Virus record (IMG/VR): IMGVR_UViG_3300043442_000825
Location: 1-62,323 of that record
DNA from: a virus
Taxonomy: Duplodnaviria; Caudoviricetes
DNA: 62,323 nucleotides
Strand: one strand, 5' to 3'
Position numbers and translations under genes: made by a program. A model generated the notes under the pieces. That model was not told the DNA's origin. It searched no databases and saw nothing but the letters and a program-made list of their open reading frames with translations. Within the stretch, counting starts at the first letter, position 1. Every line of letters begins with the position of its first letter. This document shows positions 58,074 to 62,323 of this stretch, in pieces.

Positions 58074-59442
58074 AGTTGAGTTTCTTGTTCTTCGGAATTT
58101 GCTTCATAACGAAGAATATGTCCGTAAAGTTATTCCTTTTATTAGGTCTGAATATTTTGAAGATCTAAATCAAAAAGTTGTATTTGAAGAGATTCTTAAA
58201 TTTGTTCAACAATACAATCAACCCGCAACAAAAGAAGTTCTTTGTATTGAGGTTGAGAACCGTCAAGATATAAACGATACAACTTTTAAAGAGATCACTC
58301 AACTTATTAGTTACTTGGATAATGAACCATCTGAGTTTAATTGGTTGGTTGATACTACTGAAAAGTGGTGCCGTGATCGTGCTATCTATCTTGCTTTGAT
58401 GGAATCAATCCATATTGCAGATGGTAAAGATGAGAAAAAAAACCGTGATAGTATTCCTAGCATTCTATCAGATGCTCTTGGTGTGTCTTTTGATACACAC
58501 ATTGGTCATGATTATTTGTTAGACTATGAATCACGTTATGAGTCCTATCACAGAAAGGAAGAAAAAATTGAATTTGATCTCGAATATTTCAATAAAATCA
58601 CAAAAGGTGGTTTACCTAATAAGACTCTCAATATCGCTCTTGCTGGTACGGGTGTCGGAAAAAGTCTCTTTATGTGCCATGTGGCTGCTTCCGTCTTATT
58701 GCAAGGCAGGAACGTTCTCTACATCACTCTTGAAATGGCGGAGGAGCGAATTGCTGAAAGAATTGATGCAAATCTTCTGAATGTTCCTATTCAAGATATT
58801 ACTGAGTTACCAAAACAGATGTTTGAAAGTAAGGTAACAAATCTTGCAAAGAAGACACAAGGAACTCTTATAATTAAGGAATATCCTACGGCATCTGCTC
58901 ATGCTGGGCACTTCAAGTCACTTCTTAATGAACTTTCACTTAAGAAATCATTTAGACCTGATATTATTTTCATTGATTACCTTAATATTTGTGCTTCCAG
59001 CAGATATCGCGGAAACAGCAATATCAATTCTTATACATTTGTCAAAGCAATTGCTGAAGAACTTAGGGGACTCGCCGTTGAGTTTAATGTCCCGATTGTC
59101 TCCGCTACTCAGACCACTCGTTCAGGTTACGGTTCTTCTGATGTTGAACTTACTGATACTTCTGAATCCTTTGGTCTTCCTGCTACTGCTGACCTTATGT
59201 TTGCCCTTATTAGCACTGAAGAGTTGGAGGGGTTGGGACAAATACTAGTAAAACAACTTAAGAATCGTTATAATGACCCTACCATTCATAAGAGATTTGT
59301 GATTGGTATTGACCGTGCTAAAATGCGTCTTTATGATTGCGAACAATCAGCACAACAAGACATACTTGACTCTGGTAAAGAAGAGGAGTATGATTATGAA
59401 GAAAGAAAACCTAAAAAATCATTTGAGGGATTTAAGTTTTGA
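58066..59442 (+). CDS. gp41: Replicative helicase gp41
   Basis: AGTGVGKS, IFIDYL, SATQTTR, SESFGLP and KQLKNRY motifs. Confidence 0.96.
   Translation: MDKVEFLVLRNLLHNEEYVRKVIPFIRSEYFEDLNQKVVFEEILKFVQQYNQPATKEVLCIEVENRQDINDTTFKEITQLISYLDNEPSEFNWLVDTTEKWCRDRAIYLALMESIHIADGKDEKKNRDSIPSILSDALGVSFDTHIGHDYLLDYESRYESYHRKEEKIEFDLEYFNKITKGGLPNKTLNIALAGTGVGKSLFMCHVAASVLLQGRNVLYITLEMAEERIAERIDANLLNVPIQDITELPKQMFESKVTNLAKKTQGTLIIKEYPTASAHAGHFKSLLNELSLKKSFRPDIIFIDYLNICASSRYRGNSNINSYTFVKAIAEELRGLAVEFNVPIVSATQTTRSGYGSSDVELTDTSESFGLPATADLMFALISTEELEGLGQILVKQLKNRYNDPTIHKRFVIGIDRAKMRLYDCEQSAQQDILDSGKEEEYDYEERKPKKSFEGFKF
59366..59394 (+). promoter_or_regulatory. Possible sigma70-type promoter for mazG
   Basis: TTGACT-N17-TATGAT within the gp41 3' end. 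Confidence 0.45.
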
Positions 59443-59489
59443 TTAATATTGAAAAAGAAACCCTTTCTAACGGATATACTAAATTTACT

Positions 59490-59909
59490 ATGACTGATAA
59501 CAAAGTAATCGATACAACCAAATATATTGAATTCGTTCGTCAAACTACAAGTCCTGCAAGTAGTGACTTTGCTCAATTGCTTTCTCGTTTGACTGAACTT
59601 GAAGCAACTGCTGATGCTGATGTTCCTCGTCTTTTGACTGCTGCTCTTGGTATGAGTGCTGAGGCAGGTGAATTTACTGAGGTTGTCAAAAAGATTTTCC
59701 TTCAGGGCAAACCTTATAATGAAGAGAATGCTTTTCATCTGAAGCGTGAACTTGGAGACATCTGTTGGTATCTGTCTCAAGCATTTATGGCACTTGATAC
59801 TAACTTTGAAGAAATTCTCAAAATGAATTATGAGAAACTGAGTGCTCGTTATCCTGAAGGAGCGTTTGATGTTTATCGTTCTGAAAATCGTGTGGATGGG
59901 GATTTATGA
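59490..59909 (+). CDS. mazG: MazG-like NTP pyrophosphohydrolase
   Basis: GMSAEAGEFTEVVKK...ELGDICWY...NYEKLSARY motif; an alternative TTG start exists at 59439. Confidence 0.9.
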   Translation: MTDNKVIDTTKYIEFVRQTTSPASSDFAQLLSRLTELEATADADVPRLLTAALGMSAEAGEFTEVVKKIFLQGKPYNEENAFHLKRELGDICWYLSQAFMALDTNFEEILKMNYEKLSARYPEGAFDVYRSENRVDGDL

Positions 59910-60091
59910 CTAAAGAAAAACAAGTAACAATTAAAATGGATGCGCGTTCGGCAGCAGCAGTTCGTCAAGTTTTATTTGATGCACAAAAAGGATATACTTA
60001 TGATGAAGTAAGTGTTCCTCCTCGTATTGCTGATGTTCGTTCAGTAATTCAAAGTCTTGATGATAGTATTGGTGCAGTACTTGGTATTTGA
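59906..60091 (+). CDS. Hypothetical protein
   Basis: 61 aa, ATGA-coupled to mazG. Confidence 0.75.
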   Translation: MTKEKQVTIKMDARSAAAVRQVLFDAQKGYTYDEVSVPPRIADVRSVIQSLDDSIGAVLGI

Positions 60092-60119
60092 CCCCTGAGA
60101 CTCTTAGGGGTCTTTTTTT
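60090..60119 (+). terminator. Intrinsic terminator
   Basis: GACCCCT/AGGGGTC stem plus T7, running into TATAAATA. Confidence 0.85.
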
Positions 60120-60149
60120 ATAAATAACTAAAAAAGTATTTGTAAAAAG
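60119..60149 (+). promoter_or_regulatory. Late promoter plus shared leader
   Basis: TATAAATAACTAAAAAAGTATTTGTAAAAAG, nearly identical to 42144-42171. Confidence 0.8.
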
Positions 60150-60932
60150 ATGTCTAGACTTACTGGAAAAGATGCTTTAGGTTTATTTGAAGCATATGGT
60201 GCAATTTATACTCCACAAGAAGAAATCTCTGAAGAGCAAATTTGGGAAGAAGTTGAAGCGTGGGTAAAGTCACTTGTAGAAGAAGGTAATGACCTAAGTG
60301 AGTTTACTTGGGAAGAAGTGTATGAGGCTTATATTGCTGAAGTCGCTTCAAAAGGGGGATCTGCTGACCCATATGGTGCTACTGGAGCAGCAAAACCAGC
60401 AGCAAAACCTCAAATGAAGGGACTTTCTATTGGTAAGGGTGGTTTTAATATTGGCGGAAAACCAGTAAAACCTGGAATGTCTCCTATTTTCCAAAGACCT
60501 GGAGCAAAACCCGCATCGGCGCCTGCTGCAAAACCAGCACCTACTGCAGCAGCAAGACCTTCTGCTGCTCCTGCCGCTAGACCTGCAGCGACTGCAGCAG
60601 CAAAACCAGCACCTACTGCAGCAGCAACTCCTGCAGCAAAAACTCCAAATCCTTTGATGCAGAAAACCTTTGGTTATCAAACTGGTGGTGCTCCCGACCA
60701 AGTTAAATCTACAGCAACTCCTGCAGCAGCAAAACCAACTCCAAAACCAACTCCAGCAGCAACAGGTTCTAAGAAACCTGGTAGTGTTTATTCTTCTTTT
60801 GATATGTTTGATGTTGTAAAGGGACATCTAATTGATGAAGGATATGCTGATACTGAAGATGCAGCGATTGCAATTATGGCAAATATGAGCGAAGAGTGGA
60901 AAGCAAGTATTATTTCTAAAGTTGCTGACTGA
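60150..60932 (+). CDS. Late-expressed Ala/Pro/Lys-rich modular protein
   Basis: Acidic N-terminal module, AKPA low-complexity core, and C-terminal HLIDEGYADTEDAAIAIMANMSEEW module. Confidence 0.8.
   Translation: MSRLTGKDALGLFEAYGAIYTPQEEISEEQIWEEVEAWVKSLVEEGNDLSEFTWEEVYEAYIAEVASKGGSADPYGATGAAKPAAKPQMKGLSIGKGGFNIGGKPVKPGMSPIFQRPGAKPASAPAAKPAPTAAARPSAAPAARPAATAAAKPAPTAAATPAAKTPNPLMQKTFGYQTGGAPDQVKSTATPAAAKPTPKPTPAATGSKKPGSVYSSFDMFDVVKGHLIDEGYADTEDAAIAIMANMSEEWKASIISKVAD
60528..60627 (+). repeat. 28-bp direct repeat in coding low-complexity region
   Basis: gcaaaaccagcacctactgcagcagcaa at 60528-60555 and 60600-60627. Confidence 0.85.
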
Positions 60933-60956
60933 TAAATAACCACGGAAGGTTGCTCT

Positions 60957-60991
60957 AACCCCTTGACTTTTTAGTTGAGGGGTTTTATAAT
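60957..60991 (+). promoter_or_regulatory. Terminator-like hairpin overlapping the tRNA sigma70 promoter
   Basis: AACCCCTTGACT/AGTTGAGGGGTT stem; TTGACT(60963)-N17-TATAAT(60986). Confidence 0.8.
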
Positions 60992-61001
60992 GTTTGAACT
61001 T

Positions 61002-61075
61002 GGGGGATTAGCTCAGTTGGTAGTAGCACTTGCTTTGCAAGCAAGATGTCATCGGTTCAAGTCCGATATCCTCCA
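61002..61075 (+). tRNA. tRNA-Ala(UGC)
   Basis: Cloverleaf: acceptor GGGGGAT/ATCCTCC with G3:U70, anticodon stem CTTGC/GCAAG, anticodon TGC at 61036-61038, T-arm ATCGG-TTCAAGT-CCGAT. CCA is not encoded. Confidence 0.95.
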
Positions 61076-61101
61076 TTCTAAATACTTAGAAAAGTATTCA
61101 A

Positions 61102-62022
61102 ATGGCACCTTTGTCCATACCAGAATTACAAAAGAGAAATAACTTCAGTATTTTCTTGAAGAGAATTGTATCTGGCAAAGAATTTACATTAATTAATAAT
61201 GGCGGGCAAGTAAAATTAAATAAGCAACTTGCAAAGGTTATTAAAACCATTAGTGACTTGTCTAAGTTTAAGGAAGGACAGTCTATAAATCTTCCTACAG
61301 ATAAAGGAAGCACTATCCGACTTAATCAAATATACAAAGATTCTGAATTTTCTGGCAGAACTCAAGCTACTACTGCAAAAGAAGATGCTGAGGTTATTAG
61401 TTTGAATAAACAATTGAAAGAAATTCTAGATGATTCTGGTGTTGATGCAATATCTCTAAAAGTGGGAAAAACAAAATACCAAGTTTCTCTCTGTGAGAGT
61501 ACACCTGGAACTCCAAAATGCGATTTTCATTTTAAGGGTCCAAGTGGATATGTTGGCCATGTTTCTCATAAAGCTGGTTCTGGTCCGAGAGGATTTCAAC
61601 AGTGGTCTGGAACTTCGCAAAGAGTTGAACCAAGTATTTTTTCGCATTCAGAAACTCAAGATTTTATTAATACATTAAAAAGTCTTTTTCCCGGTGGTAT
61701 GCCATCGGGAACAACAGTTGGCAGAAAAATAAAAGATGAAAAGTTGAAATATCTTGCTGTATATGGAAATGGGTATGGCGGCGCTAAAGGAGAAAATAAT
61801 GTAGATACAACTATGCAGGGTAATTTAAAAATTGTTAAATCCGGAACTTCTTATGTTTTAAAAGCTAGTAATCACGAAAATGTTAATGGTCAGAGGATAG
61901 CAGGTTCTTATGAACCTATATTTTTAGCAGTTTATAAGGGGGATAGAAGCGACCACGGAATTAAAAGTGCTCGTATTACTATAAATCCAATTGGTGGAAG
62001 AACAGTAAAACAATTTATTTGA
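61102..62022 (+). CDS. Hypothetical protein, possible PD-(D/E)xK nuclease fold
   Basis: E...TPKCDF...VSHK pattern; basic; late promoter CTAAATA at 61078-61084. Confidence 0.55.
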   Translation: MAPLSIPELQKRNNFSIFLKRIVSGKEFTLINNGGQVKLNKQLAKVIKTISDLSKFKEGQSINLPTDKGSTIRLNQIYKDSEFSGRTQATTAKEDAEVISLNKQLKEILDDSGVDAISLKVGKTKYQVSLCESTPGTPKCDFHFKGPSGYVGHVSHKAGSGPRGFQQWSGTSQRVEPSIFSHSETQDFINTLKSLFPGGMPSGTTVGRKIKDEKLKYLAVYGNGYGGAKGENNVDTTMQGNLKIVKSGTSYVLKASNHENVNGQRIAGSYEPIFLAVYKGDRSDHGIKSARITINPIGGRTVKQFI

Positions 62023-62073
62023 ATATTTTTGCAAATAAATACATAAAGAACAGGAGTGTTGTAAAATACATTA

Positions 62074-62323
62074 ATGAAGAGTTTTTCTAGATTTTTAACA
62101 GAAGCAACCCAATCGCAAGCAGCGATGCAAGCGAAAAAACTTGGATATACTGGGGACGGTCACGGTGGATGGTTAGACCGCTCTGGTAAATTAGTTGCAA
62201 GAACGGAAAAGGGTAAACTAAAATTTACTAGTGGGAAACAAGCAAAGGGTCAAGAAGAACCTGCAGCACAATCGCAACAACCCGCTGCTGCTCCATCTCA
62301 GGCACTTGCACCAGCACAAGTCC
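62074..62323 (+). CDS. 3'-truncated protein with capsid-targeting-like N-terminus (MKSFSRFLTEA)
   Basis: Open from ATG 62074 to the window end; late promoter ATAAATA at 62035-62041. Confidence 0.75.
   Translation, partial: MKSFSRFLTEATQSQAAMQAKKLGYTGDGHGGWLDRSGKLVARTEKGKLKFTSGKQAKGQEEPAAQSQQPAAAPSQALAPAQV

Noticed and set aside
24792-59442. Introns or inteins in gp17, gp20, gp23, gp46, gp43, uvsX or gp41
   Set aside because: All are continuous and of ordinary length, with no intein or intron signatures seen.
60480-60770. Repeats as a possible CRISPR array or DGR template/variable pair
   Set aside because: They are in-frame Ala/Pro/Lys coding repeats, with no regular spacers, no cas or reverse transcriptase gene, and no adenine-specific mismatch pattern.
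402-61678. Numerous 60-180 aa alternate-frame and antisense ORFs in the track
   Set aside because: They are nested in core genes, lack RBS or promoter support, and have shadow-like composition.
1-62323. Alternative genetic code or stop-codon reassignment
   Set aside because: Core genes translate full length in the standard code, with no in-frame stops splitting them.

Overview
A 62-kb piece of a T4-like myovirus genome, most consistent with a cyanophage. The evidence is the gene order and the cobS/VWA, hsp20, mazG and 2OG-oxygenase accessory genes, plus an NblA-like ORF. All credible genes are on the + strand. Positions 1-38.4 kb hold the late structural module: a giant baseplate protein truncated at the window edge, gp8, a VrlC/DUF4815-like protein, gp13-gp23, gp3, uvsY and uvsW. 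Positions 38.5-62.3 kb hold the replication module: gp55, gp47, gp46, a VWA/CobS pair, gp45, gp44, dam, gp62, regA, hsp20, gp43, uvsX, gp41, mazG and tRNA-Ala(UGC). The most notable unexplained structure is a dispersed family of small or modular basic proteins. Five begin with T4 internal-protein-like capsid-targeting peptides (e.g. MRTYQEFVSE), and several are punctuated by prohead-protease-like (L/I/V)xE sites. Several sit as cassettes behind a shared late-promoter/hairpin leader. This suggests a protease-processed cargo packaged in the head and injected with the DNA. Other highlights are: an unannotated NblA-like ORF, a ROSE-like RNA thermometer on hsp20, three ORF-less late-promoter-to-terminator units (candidate sRNAs), a basic peptide gene whose terminator precedes its stop codon, a near-consensus antisense promoter at the module boundary, and an apparent AUC start codon. 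All product calls come from motif recognition and synteny by eye; no searches were run.
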